Positions 50,356 to 62,720 of a stretch of DNA of 64,000 nucleotides are shown one piece after another. Numbering within the stretch: position 1 is the stretch's first letter; every line of letters begins with the position of its first letter. The translations under genes were made by a program, and so were the position numbers. The notes beneath the pieces are model-generated. The model was not told the DNA's origin and did not search any database. It saw only the letters and a list, made by a program, of their open reading frames with translations. The DNA lies in assembly GCA_024137785.1 (NCBI GenBank), contig JAHRHZ010000035.1, positions 17,709,743-17,773,742 on the forward strand. Direction: 5' to 3'. This DNA is from Ginglymostoma cirratum (lineage: Eukaryota).

Positions 50356-53300
50356 TTTGAATATGTCCTGAGACAGACATGAATGTAGGATCACTTGATC
50401 ATGTAGTATGCTGCTGCACCAGTCTTGAAAGTGTGTTAAGACAATTGCGCACAAATTTTTTTTGAAACAAGGAAACAATGAAAATGCATTCAATTTGAGG
50501 AATAGGCAAGAAATTAATCTCCTGGGTGTTCCTTTCTGTCGTGCTGAATCAAGGCAGGAAGGCATTCATAAATCACCTGGAGGTGGCTCTGTATTACATA
50601 TTGTGTGAGAAATGTTATAGGAGTCTGAGTGACGTCGGTTTGGTGAGATATGTGTCAGAATTGGATAAGGTGTCTGGAGAAGCCCATCTCATCGTTGGGA
50701 GCATCGTGTGTCACTTTTCAAGCCTTTTACAACTGGTACGATGAGTTTCTCGCTATGCTGCGTTGAGTTGCAAGTTAAGAGAGATTATTGCTTATCTGAT
50801 TATTATTAACCACCTTAACATGTATTTACAATAGATTTAACCAATGGAAGCAGATTATGTTAACTAACAAATTAATCAGCTCTCGTGCATTACCTGAAAT
50901 TGGGATGTACCACTCAACAAATCCCATTAGTTTAATCTTTACTGTAATTTTGGCTATTTATTGGCTATTAATCCATGAAAAAAGCTCTAAATCTGTGTTG
51001 TGTCCTTCTATTCCTATTAAATAGGATTAAAGTATTTTATAAATAGCTATGTATATCATAGGTTTAGGCTACTAATTTAAATGAACTAGTACGTACAGTT
51101 TTAAGGAGTAGATATTGTTTTAGAGTTTTAAGCAGGATTCAAGAAAGTTATTTCTTTGCTGATGGATAATTAAAAGCAAAACAGTTAATTTCTTAAAGTT
51201 TCCATATCTGCTAAAATAGTAACTTTTGTAAGTAACTTGATAAATTAATTAACTATTTTGACATGGTATTACTAGCTAATATTCCCAAGGGTGCTTTATC
51301 CACACACCATCCACATTTTTAAACAGCTCTTTTCCTTTCTTGGGTTTTGTCATGTCATGCATCATCCTCCAGTTGGGACTAAATTATACGCGTTAAAGGA
51401 CAATGAGAAATTCATTCTGGTTTTCATCCCAACAGCAGGTTTGACTACCCAATCAAATCATGCAAAAATCTTGCAAACTATTCGGTTTCAAGCGGCTTTA
51501 CCTTTCACACCAAATTACCAATTTTATCTTTCTGTAAATCAGGAAATACCAGAAAATGGAAATGAATAAGCAACGTGCAAATCATAATTGAGGAGAGACT
51601 GAAATAGTCACAAGAGAAACAATTTTTCAAAATGTGTCCAAAATCAGTGAAGAAATGTGTGTAATCAGCATGAATTGGTTTGATAAAAAAAAATAGTTTT
51701 GCAGTTTGACAGTTGGCAGCAGACCGGCCTTTTTTTCTCTCAAGTAATTTCCATTCAATTTGTCTAGATGGCACTGTCAACTAAAATGACTTGCCCTAGG
51801 AGAACAAGAGGCGAAAACCACTTTTATGTTGCGGCATGACTGTCCTTCAACTTGTTATTCTCACTGTTGAGAAGAACATCGTCTCTATTGCTTTCCCATA
51901 AGAGATACACAATTCATCATATTTGACACAATTTAACTTCACATTTTCAAAGGGTTGTAAATTTATCATAATTATGAATTACAGTTTAAACATTTACCGT
52001 GGTAGTAAAAAGTTTCCTGTCGTATGATAATGGCTGTTCTTGTATCGTATAAATTTGACCAAAGGAGCAATGGTGACTACTATTGTTCAATTCTTATCCC
52101 GAACTTTGCTTTTACTTCAGGTGAACATGATACTTCAGATGTCATAAATGACTCTCTCCTTGTTGCTTTCCTAGTGGTTACCATTAGCTGCTGGCCTGAA
52201 GCCAATATCTGGATCTGGCTAATGGCCAGTAAAATGGTTTACTAAGCTATCGTGTTTCCTTAGGCATAACGTATCCATTAATGTAAGGCTTCAATTTATT
52301 TGCGTAGAAATCCAATACTTCTGGAAAGTACAATTTGCATTCTCTAAATTTAACACTGATAACTTTGATATGTCTGCAAAGCACCAGGCCCTTTTCATCT
52401 TGTTAGCTATGTCTTTTGATCCACTTTTATTGATGTAAACAGACAGTTAGTCTATTTTAATATGTTAAAGAAAGTCAATGGTTAATTACCTAATTCTTTG
52501 ATTAGATTATCAAAGTTACAAATTATTTTAGATGCTTCAGAATTACATATCCCCTATGTTCATTTGTTTTATATCTTCAAATAGTCAACTTAGCAGTTAT
52601 TTTCAGAAGGAAAAACTACACAGAGCTTACGTGTTAGTACAGTAGCGCCAAAAGTGGCACACAAATAGGTATCTCGAGGTTAGTTCCTCAAATAAAATAC
52701 AGAAACAAGCCATTTCTGATGATTCAGGCAAAGTCACCACAGTTTATTAATAGACTTCAATGACGTTTCAAGTCTTCTGCAAGTCTGCTATTTGGAACCG
52801 AAGACATTTAATGCCTTAAATCAAAGTATTTAATTTGCTGGAAAACAGGTTTAAGTGTTATCACATGCAACTGAGGGAGACAAAAAGAGCCATAAGGGAA
52901 GCCATGGGAGTTTTGGAAGGGAAAATAATGTGTAATTGTGGTACTAATGGAAACAAGCTTGTTTTCAGAAAATATAAAAGGGCAGGGTAGGACCAGTAAA
53001 GCAGTGATTGTTAAATTTCGGTCCACAGTCAAGTTTCAAGAGTTCATGGCCCAAGGCCATCTTCACAGATGATTGATATACGCAGCACCCAAGATCCCAT
53101 GGTTAAGAGTAAGTCCGTGCAGTGGGCGGAGGTGCACTCTGCTCCCCTCTGCCATACTCCTATTCAACTTGTGCACCTACTCTGCCACTTGCTCCTGCTT
53201 TTATTCCCCATCATTATGATCCTGTTCCTTTCCCTATGTTACCCCCTTCCTAATCCCTATACCGTGTTCCTGCTGTCTCCAGTCACCCACCAAGGATTGA

Positions 53301-53509
53301 GTAAATGTGCATTGAAAAGTTGGCACATTCATCTCAGTGATCATAGTGAATAAATAATTGCCTGTTCACATAAAGTACACTCTTCATCTGCAGCATTTTC
53401 ATATTATGAGTATTATATATTATTTTAGTTGATTTTGTATAGCATTCAAGTGTTGACAATGAATCTGATTACTTTTCCATTTGAAAAGTCTTCAGAGACC
53501 TTCAGAAAC

Positions 53510-53993
53510 TTCAGAGAAAGTTCACTAGGTGATCCCTGGTATGGAGGGATTGCCTTATGAGCAAAGGCTAAACAAGTCAGGACTCCAATCACAAGGATTT
53601 AGAAGAATGAGCAGTGATCTCATTGAAACATATAGGAATCTTAAGGGGTTTGACAGGGTAAACACTGAGAGGAGGTTTCCCCTCATGGGAGTGTCTAGGA
53701 CCAGACAGCATAGTCTCAGAATAAAATGATGCCTATTTAAGACTGAGATGAAGAGGATTATTTTTTTCTCTGAGTGTGGTGAGTCTTTGGAACTCCTTGC
53801 CTCAGACAGCTAGTGTATATTTAAGGCTGAGATAGATAGATAGATTCTTGATCAGTAGGGGAATCAACGGTTACATGAAAAGGGTAGTAAAGTGGATATG
53901 AGGAATGTCAGATCTGCCATGATCCTATTGAATGGTGGAGCTAGCTCAGGTGGTTAAAAGGCCTACTCCTGCTCTTATTTCTTATGGTTTTAT
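53510..53993 (+). mobile_element. CR1 LINE 3' end
   Basis: ORF 53529-53729 IPGMEGLPYEQRL...RRMSSDLIETYRNLKGFDRV; tail ggcctactcctgctcttatttcttatg. Confidence 0.9.
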
Positions 53994-56250
53994 ATTCTGA
54001 AATATTTTGTGAATTATTGGACTAGAGGATACTATAGAGCAAGTGAAACTGATTCTCAAATAATGACAGACATGCCAAATGACTAGTCATTTCCAGGTCA
54101 ACCAGCAGAGGACCTCACATAAACTATTAGATGACATTTTCCTGGCAGATTGGCACAGTTAATGCCATGAAAGTGAGCATGTTGCATTTGTACTTTACAG
54201 AACTGGTATCTGTTAAGTAGCATCTGATAAATCAGCAAATTTCAGCAATTGAGGAATTTGTTTTCTCCACCATGGCACTTAGTTCTATTTATGACATTTG
54301 GCTAATAAAAATACATTGATAACTATGTTCTAGTGACATAAAATATGGACCCACCAGCACCAAGCACTGCAATTATTCTGAGCATGCCTCAGTTCAAAAT
54401 ATTTATTGAAAAGGTCTGACTTCTACATAAATACCAACAATTGGGAGAGATTCTCTAAGTTCTAGGCTTCCAACTGCTAGTAAGAAGAGAGATAATTTGA
54501 GCTATGCAACACCCATAAGAGGGTCTAAGGAAGCTCATTTGATCAAGATTGCCCGCTGACAAGGCATGAGTAGATTCCCATAGGGTTGAGCCTGGACAAC
54601 ATTATAAGCTCCCAATCAAGATACAGCCAGCATTGCGATGGTTACTGACCCTTTAATGTATTCGGCTCAAAACATAACAGATTTTGTAAAGTAGAAACTC
54701 ACATAGAAACTCAAGGGAATAATATTTGTTCTTTATAGAGATTTTGGATCTGGGTTTTGTGTTGTTCCTGCTATCATAAGTTTTATACATGTGAACACTC
54801 TGAAATCAAACATACTGAGCACATCCAAAAATTCTTGGCTTCAGGATTTTCTGAGCCTTCTTTCAAAGCTCCTCACTCTAACTCAGTTTTCAATACTGAA
54901 CATACACAGTCCAAGAAAGCTTTTGCAGTCCTCAGACATACATCACACTTTCTTCTCCAGTACTGTGATATTTCTACATGTTTAAACATGCTTAATCAGT
55001 GATGGCAAAAATATATTCAGCCAAATTATACATCTTGAGGCAAAGGTAAATCTATTTCCTTCCAGTTTCCGTGTAGTTTATTTATTATGATTTTTCATTA
55101 AAATGTTGAGACAACAAAATGACAGACATTTTCAATCTCTGCACTGTGAAAATATTAAGCCTTACATTGAGTACATGACAACAAGTCCATGCATTTAGAT
55201 GACACACCTCATGCGCAGAAAATGTCCTGGAACACCTTACAATCAGGGACAAGGAGATTTATTGTGTATTTAAATGGAGCAGAATAGGGTGGCAAGATGG
55301 AGAATATTCCATGGAAGTGTTTGGACATTAAATGAGTTGAGACTGGCGTGCAATTCAAGCCATCAGAACATCTTGCTTTTGATGTCTATTTGAGAGCTGC
55401 CATGTTGTTCAAGTTGCACATTAACAAACTTTGTTCGAAGGATATGGTTGAATAGGTTATTCCTGAAGGACGCACTGTGAGAACACCAGCACCGCGAGAG
55501 CTGCAAAAGACCCATTGTCAACTTTGAAGGACGACTTGAGGGGAGGCAATGAATGCAACCCACAAAGCGTGAACAAATTAATGAAAACAGCAGGGTGTTT
55601 AGGTTATTTACAGAAGCTATTTGGACATGAAAAATGATTTCTGTTGCAATCAAGTAACAAAGATAAATGAACCATTAGAAAGGTAAAACATTGTTCTTGC
55701 TGTTTGACCTACTTCATATTCTCTTTTCGTTCCGCCATTGTGAAGAACTCATTTGATCATTTAAACATCCTTTGATATATTTAAAAAGGAGCATGAAGCA
55801 CAATTGCACAATCTGTTCCAACATCATCATTGCTTGGTCATCTCTGAATGCAAGGCTTTGGTCGTCAATGCATGGGATTGCTTCAAAAGTTTAGTTAAAA
55901 GCTACTGAAGAAAATTGCAAAGTTTTAGGAATCAATTATTTAGAAACAGTTTTTGTAATATTAAAATCAATATTTACAAGGGTACAGTTCCTATAGTTTT
56001 CTCCTTCTGTAATTTCTTGAATTATTTTTCTTGTAAATAAAGTTCAACCTGCATTTAGCATCCCTGAATTGTACCTGCAGTGGACAGAGGATTGTAGTGG
56101 ACATCTGCACAGGGCTAAATATTCACTCCCAAGATGAATAGCTTAATTCTGGAAATTTACTAACTTAGCACACTTGCTTTGGTTTAAATTGGGAGGTAAT
56201 GGCCTAATACTGTTACCCCCAATGTTTGGGCAGGGAGGCTGACCTGAGAT

Positions 56251-56465
56251 GGAGATAGCAAGAACTGTAGACGCTGCAGTCAGAGATAACATAGTGTGGA
56301 GCTGGAGAAGGGCAGCAGGCCAGGCAGCATCGGAGGAGCGGGAAAGTTGACATTGTGGTTTAGGACCCTTGTTCTTTTCTGAAGAAGGGTCCCAACCCGA
56401 GACATCAACTTTCCTGCTCCTCTGATGCTGCCTGGCCTGCTGCCCTTCTCCAGCTCCACACTGTG
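56251..56465. mobile_element. Palindromic Penelope-derived element with 11-bp TSD
   Basis: TSD tgacctgagat at 56240-56250 and 56466-56476; arms agtgtggagctggagaagggcagcaggccaggcagcatc / gatgctgcctggcctgctgcccttctccagctccacact; core ctgaagaagggtcccaacccgagacatc at 56379. Confidence 0.88.
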
Positions 56466-57134
56466 TGACCTGAGATACAGTTGGGACAACTGCAAAACAA
56501 TTGTCATTGTCCACGCATTCAGGTGAGTGCCAAGGTGGTTCGATTTCATATGATTGCTCTACTATCCTGGAAGCTGTTGCAACCAATAGCCCTTAGCCCT
56601 CATGCTCCTCATTCCTACCCGCTCCCCACGCTCACTCCATACAACCTCCATAGCCTCTCACTACATTATCTGCAGTGGGTATGAGGAGATGAAACAAAAT
56701 AAGCTTCAAACAATGTGAGAGCTCACTCATATATATATTAGTACTAAAAAAAATCATATTCATGAAATTTAAAGATTTTCAGTCATATCTAATGCTTAAT
56801 CTGTTATGAAACAAAGTTCTATTCTGTGACCAAATACATCTAACCCTTTAATATGTTCTTTAAACTGTCAGTAAAAAAAGTGAAATCACTTGTTCCATTA
56901 ACATAAATGCTTTTGTCAGTTTTGAACATGTAATTACCTCAGCATGCGTAATTACCTGTAACAACAGCCCTTTGGGAACGTCAAGAAAGAACTCAATTCA
57001 AACTGCAGGAACATCTGATAGTTTGTTGTCTACCCTACCTTGGATAGCCTATCAATTAAAGTGGTCCTGCACAGGCTATCTATTTTAACTCTAACTTATA
57101 GCTTCATGTTTTGCAGACCAGGGAATTAGCATTA

Positions 57135-57540
57135 CTTCCACATGCATCCACTCCCTCCACCACTGACATTCAGTAGCAGCAGTGTATACTATGTCCAAGA
57201 TGCACTGCAGAAATTCACCAAAAGATCCTCAGACAGCACCTTCCAAACTAGACCACTTCCATCTAGAAGGACAAGGGCAGCAGATACATGGGAACACCAC
57301 CACTTTCACATTCCCCTCCAAGTCACTCACCATCCCGACTTAGAAATATATCATCGTTCCTTCATTGTCACTGGGTCAAAATCCTGGAAGTTCCTCCCTA
57401 ATGGCTTTGTGGGTCAACTCACAGAAGGTAGACTGCAGCGGTTCAAGAAAGCAGCTCACCACCACCTTCTCAAAGGCAACTAGGCACGGGCAATAAATGC
57501 TGGCTAAGCAGCAATGCTCACATCCCACAAAAATGAATTT
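57135..57540 (+). mobile_element. 3' end of CR1/L2-type LINE
   Basis: Reverse complement of ~49235-49600; ORF 57142-57483 includes TRPLPSRRTRAADTWEHH and LQRFKKAAHHHLLKGN. Confidence 0.88.
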
Positions 57541-57817
57541 TAAAAACTGCTTCTCATTAAGAAAAGAACATCTTCATATTCTGACTCATGATTTGTTATC
57601 CCTCTCCCACTGTAAACCAAACAGGCCCCTCGGCCCAATCAAGGAAAGGAATGGTGCAGGCATCCTTCTACAACACCAGTGTCATTTTTAATGGGCCTGA
57701 AAATAAAAGATGGCAATTATTAACTTAATTACATTTACTTGAAAGTCATTTTCAAAGTTAATTATGCAAATTGAATGCTTGATGCTCTATAATGTTTAAT
57801 TTGACCAAAGGAGATGT

Positions 57818-58140
57818 TGGAGAGGTGGTGGCCTAATGATATTATTGCTGGACTGTTGACCCAGATTAATATTCCAAGGATGTAGGTTTGAATCCTGCCA
57901 CAGCAGATGGTGAAATTTGAATGAACTAAAATATCTGGAATTAAGGGTCTAATGATGACCATGAGTTGATTGTCAGGGGAAAAACCCACCTGGTTCACTA
58001 ATGCCCTTTAGGGAAGGAAACTGTCATTATTACCTACATGTGACTCCAGACCCACAGCCATGTAATTGACTTTTAACTGCCCTCTGGGCAGTAAATGCTG
58101 GCCTAGCCAATGATACCCACATCCTGTGAATGAATGAAGA
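57818..58140 (+). mobile_element. tRNA-derived SINE (same family as 3778)
   Basis: ggtggcctaatg...ggtttgaatcc...ctggttcactaatgccctttagggaagg...cccacatcctgtgaatgaat. Confidence 0.85.
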
Positions 58141-58651
58141 AAAAAAAAGTCAACTAAACTGTTTAAGTTACAGATCATTTCAATAGATGTTACTAATAGA
58201 CAGTAACAAACTTTGGTGACTGCTCTTTTTCAGTAGAATTAATTACCCGAGTATAATTAAGTGTGGTCCCTTTAGTGATTTCATTCTTTATCATTTAAAG
58301 TACTTAAACAAAGCAATGAGGATAGCTTCACTGAAATGAGCTATGATCTTAAAATCAACAGTTGTGAATTATTGTAATTAGTTTTGGTTATAGTAACTGA
58401 CTACTTTTACCAAATGAAGTCCAAATTTCAACAAGCATGTGGCTAGCTTGGCATTCAGCTCTAATTTAATAAAGTTGATAAAGTAACTAACAGATGTTTA
58501 ACTGCACTTGAAAATCTCTTTGTTCTGGGTTGATCTTTTGAGGTTTAATGGACACTGCAGATGCACAAGCATTATTTAAGTTATTTTTACTGGACCATAT
58601 GCTATGAAGCATGCATCTAGATATCAGGCAGCTCACACCAAAGAACACAAT

Positions 58652-59545
58652 GGGCTGAATCTTACATTCTGTTTTTGTCTAAGTGTCAGTTTCATAGTAG
58701 GCGGGTAAGATTACAGCATGGCAGGTGGTTAGGGTCCTGGGTGGGTAATGTGGCAGCACAAAGGTGTGGTAGGTGGATAGGGTAGCATGCTCCGTCTAAT
58801 TTTGTTGACCACTGAGTGGACTTCCAAGGTCCGTGTATGGCATTGACCTCCGGACCCAGAAGTCAATATGTCCCCACACCTCCAGGGGGCTGCACAGAAT
58901 AGCCAGAGCAGGTAAATGGCTGAGGGTATATTGAGTGAACTGGGGCAGAGTCAGACGATGCCAGGTACATTTAGTAAGTGGAGAGGAGAAGGTCATGGGT
59001 CAGCAGTAGAGTTGGGTCTGGGGATTGGAGGTGAGTTTAGGAAGCAGATATTAAGGTACTCATTACATTACATTACATTAAGATACTCATTACAACCAGC
59101 ATCTTTGACTAAACATTTGGTCAGTTGACTTTGGCTCCGTGTCAGTTATTATCAGACTACGTGAAATGCCTTAAGATTTTTTTTCTCCTGTTTCTGTTGC
59201 AAGCAGAAAATGTGGAGCTGAATTCTTTGAAAATTGAATGTAGAAGATTACAATATCATTATTTTCATCCACACAACTGAAGGCTGGACCACTAATGTAT
59301 CACAGAAATATCAGATGGCTGGGCAATGAGTGTCCCTGCAGGATTCGATGGGATTGGTGGAGAGTTGACAGTTAAGTCAGGGGAGGGGTGTATTACCTCC
59401 ATGAGGTGGGTTTGGTGGGGTAGATGGTGGTGGGTGCAAATGGTTAGAGGTGGATCAGGCAAGTCAGTTTGATTGTTACTCAGGAGTTATAGCAGGCTCT
59501 AATTCCTCTTACATTTCCTGGGTAACTAAAAAGCTAAGTCAGTCA
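58652..59545. mobile_element. G-rich non-autonomous DNA-transposon remnant (Harbinger-like terminus), interrupted by the 238-bp duplication
   Basis: Begins gggctgaatctt, an approximate reverse complement of the termini at 32714 and 38498; G-rich body on both sides of 59050-59311. Confidence 0.45.
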
Positions 59546-60043
59546 GACCCAAAGTGTTCCCTGGTTCTAACTCAGAGTTGGCTCCCAGCCATGATATTAA
59601 AATACTCAATTTTATGCCTAAGTATCTCCATGACTTTGACCCTCTCTATGCCCATAGACTTCACCAGGCCTCTAATCTTCTAACCATCTTTGTTATCTTG
59701 CGTATGACTTCAGCTCCTTCTGCTTCACTATTATTGGCTGCGCCTTCAGACTTCCAGTCTCAAAGCTCATGGAATTCACTCCCTATCCCTCTGTCTCTCT
59801 CTCAGTACATTAAGATACTCATTACAACCAGCATCTTTGACTAAACATTTGGTCAGTTGACTTTGGCTCCGTGTCAGTTATTATCAGACTACGTGAAATG
59901 CCTTAAGATTTTTTTTCTCCTGTTTCTGTTGCAAGCAGAAAATGTGGAGCTGAATTCTTTGAAAATTGAATGTAGAAGATTACAAAATCATTATTTTCAT
60001 CCACACAACTGAAGGCTGGACCACTAATGTATCACAGAAATAT
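59074..60043 (+). repeat. 238-bp near-identical direct duplication (59074-59311 and 59806-60043)
   Basis: Copies 732 bp apart; only one mismatch noticed (caatatc vs caaaatc). Confidence 0.95.
59590..59910 (+). mobile_element. Old L2-type LINE 3' fragment
   Basis: tggaattcactccct...ttaagatactcattacaacc.gcatctttgactaaacatttggtca...gtgaaatgcctt resembles an L2 3' end. Confidence 0.55.
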
Positions 60044-62007
60044 TCTGCCTGTGGAGCAAACATTTCTTTCACCTTTGTAAATGGAAGGAACTTTCAAAAC
60101 AGTCGTTGTTGACTTTCTCCCATGCAAGCAGCAATTCAGTGCTTCCCCTGGGCAGTACAGCCTCTAGATCTTCACTTTTTAATAGATGCAAATTATTCTT
60201 GAAGTCACTTGAGAAATTGTGCTGTGCAGAGTCACTTTTGCTTTTGTGTAATAAGACTTGTATTTTCAATGCTGAGATCAATCAACTTGAGAAATCATTG
60301 AAAAGAAAGTGCATTAAGGTTGATGGCACAAAGATTTATTTTAACATTCAATTGGGAAATGTAAAAAAGACATCAAGGGTAATTTTTATTGTCTTTGTTT
60401 TTGTTTCGATTTTAAAGGAAGTAAGGCCAAAAGCAGAATTTAGTAAGCAGCATATGTGTTTCTTTCAATACTTCTTGTTATGGTGGAAAGCTGAAGCCTT
60501 CTGCAAATGACCAGAGTCACTCTTCCACAGAAACACCAAGGTATGGTCATCTCCAGTGTTGAGTGCCTGATAGGTGTACTGCACCTCTGAAAGGAAGCCC
60601 ATGCTATCACAATCACTCCATTCCTGTGCTGTTTTCTGTGACAGTAGGGAACTGCAGCCATAGGGTCACTCCTAGCCAGACCAGGCAAGTGGAAATCTGC
60701 AGAGGGCTGTCAGAGGGCAAGTTGTCCTGACATCTGAGAATTGTTAAAGCAATAAGGTTGTGCCCTGTAAGTTAACCTTTACAATCACTGCGTTTTTCAC
60801 TGACTGGATTGCTTCTTAAGGAGCTAGCAGAGGCCTCGCGGGGTGAATGGCCTTCCTCTGTGCCATAAATAACCTCATGATCTATGAAATAATGAATATT
60901 CGTCATAAAGTGATCTTCCTGAAGTATAATGCGGTAACTATGTTGCATTAACTCCAACAGTGAATATTTTATGTTATGTAAGGATTACAGCAGCAATTAA
61001 AAATTCCTTATAAACCCTGTCATACCTCCCTGGAGAATAACTCAAAAGGTTACATTATACTGCTTGTCTATGTGCCAGAACTTCATTATCCCATATTAAT
61101 ACTCTCATGAAATTACCAATGTTTTACTTGGCACATGGATTTACCTAGTATTATTTCCAAGCAGAATTGTGCATTTATTATTAAAGTATGTACTCCTTCA
61201 AAAATATTATAAATATAATTCTGCATATGTGTTTAATGGAAAAAGACTTTCAATTCAATATTTTTAGGGCCTTTAACAGTTCACTGATTTCTTCCTGCAT
61301 CTATCCACAATGTCTGAACTCGGGTCAAGTACCAAAATTCTTAACAACAAAGACTCCATTCAACTCCATTGAACATCCACTTACTTTGCAAACTTGGTGT
61401 GGAAGAGGGGAATGTTCCTCATTGTCGCTGCAACCGTGGTGAGTACAGATTGTAAAATTCACTAGATGTCACACAAGAAGTTGAAAATATGACCTGTTTG
61501 CTGTTTTAAAAGGCTTCAATTATGTAAATTGTTTAAAAATATTTTTTCACATTAATAAGTATGCAAAGGACCTGGAACTTTGATATTTTTCATCAGTCCA
61601 TTAGGACATACAATGACATAATTTTGTGGCAAGTCAGACTTGAACAAGGACTTTCTGCCTCCGTACTAGAGACATTACCATTGTAATGCAAGACCTCTCA
61701 AAATTTATAATTAAATTGACAGACATGTTCCAACAGAAATCTAGAGCAAGTGGGGCTGGAACCTAGACTGGCTAGCCTAGAGGTCAGGACACTACCTCTG
61801 CACCATATGTGTTTGGTCTGACTTGAATTTTTCAATGAAGGCAATTAAAATAATCAGACAGGGATCAATTCACCTCAGGGAGTGGTTTCAAACATGAGAC
61901 AGGTTAGGACCTTAATTGTCTGTGTACCTCTTTATGCTTTTGCAGCTTAGACCATATCAAGCTGGGCAAATCTTCCCAGCCCCTAAATACCATGGGTATG
62001 TAGTGCT

Positions 62008-62207
62008 TGTAATGAGGTCAGTCAAGTGGATCTCATAGAATAGGAGTTCTCTGATTGGGGCTGTTAATCTGGTATAAACAGGGCTGCCAGAGATCCTGTT
62101 CACTTTGAGAACTGGCTCTGACCGAGCTGGATCAGTGTCAAGGACTCTCTGTGTGTAAATAAAGGGTGATTTGGTGATGGGATACTAGCCTCTGTGGAGT
62201 TATTTCA
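62008..62207 (+). mobile_element. Short (200 bp) LTR, Gypsy-like
   Basis: TGTAAT...ATTTCA termini, reverse CCAAT (gattgg), tataaa, then aataaa polyadenylation signal; no TSD. Confidence 0.65.
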
Positions 62208-62720
62208 GGGCATTGGTGTGAAAGTTGGGAAACTCGAGTGAGATTAGCAATATGGAGATTCTCAATGTTGTAAACATGCAAGTGTTGAGCAGTGAGACGA
62301 GAATCTTGCTTGGGACCAGAGAGAGGCCTATTTGCATCCATTTGCTTGCACTAACATCTCAACACCCAATCTCACGTCATCAATATTCAGTTTCCCTGAA
62401 GTTACCAGATATAAACTGGACGGAGACAATTCCCAACAGGAAAGTCCAAGTGGGTACATGATGACTCCAGCTCGCCGCTGGCTCCTCTGGGTTTCCACTT
62501 TAAACAACATTCGCCGACCTCTCAGGGCATGGTCCATAAGCAGCGACACCCATATCCACAGATGTTGGCATCTGGCATGTACCAGCTGCACCACAAGATC
62601 CAGGCATATCTCCACTTATTTACAATACACTTCTTTACTCCATTTACAATGTGGTTCTGTATTTCAATACTGCACTTTGAAAGACACCAGCACCATGCAG
62701 TGCAATACCACTGCCAGGAC

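Noticed and set aside
59380-59450. G-run cluster with G-quadruplex potential
   Set aside because: Part of a G-rich transposon remnant; irregular runs and no independent evidence of function
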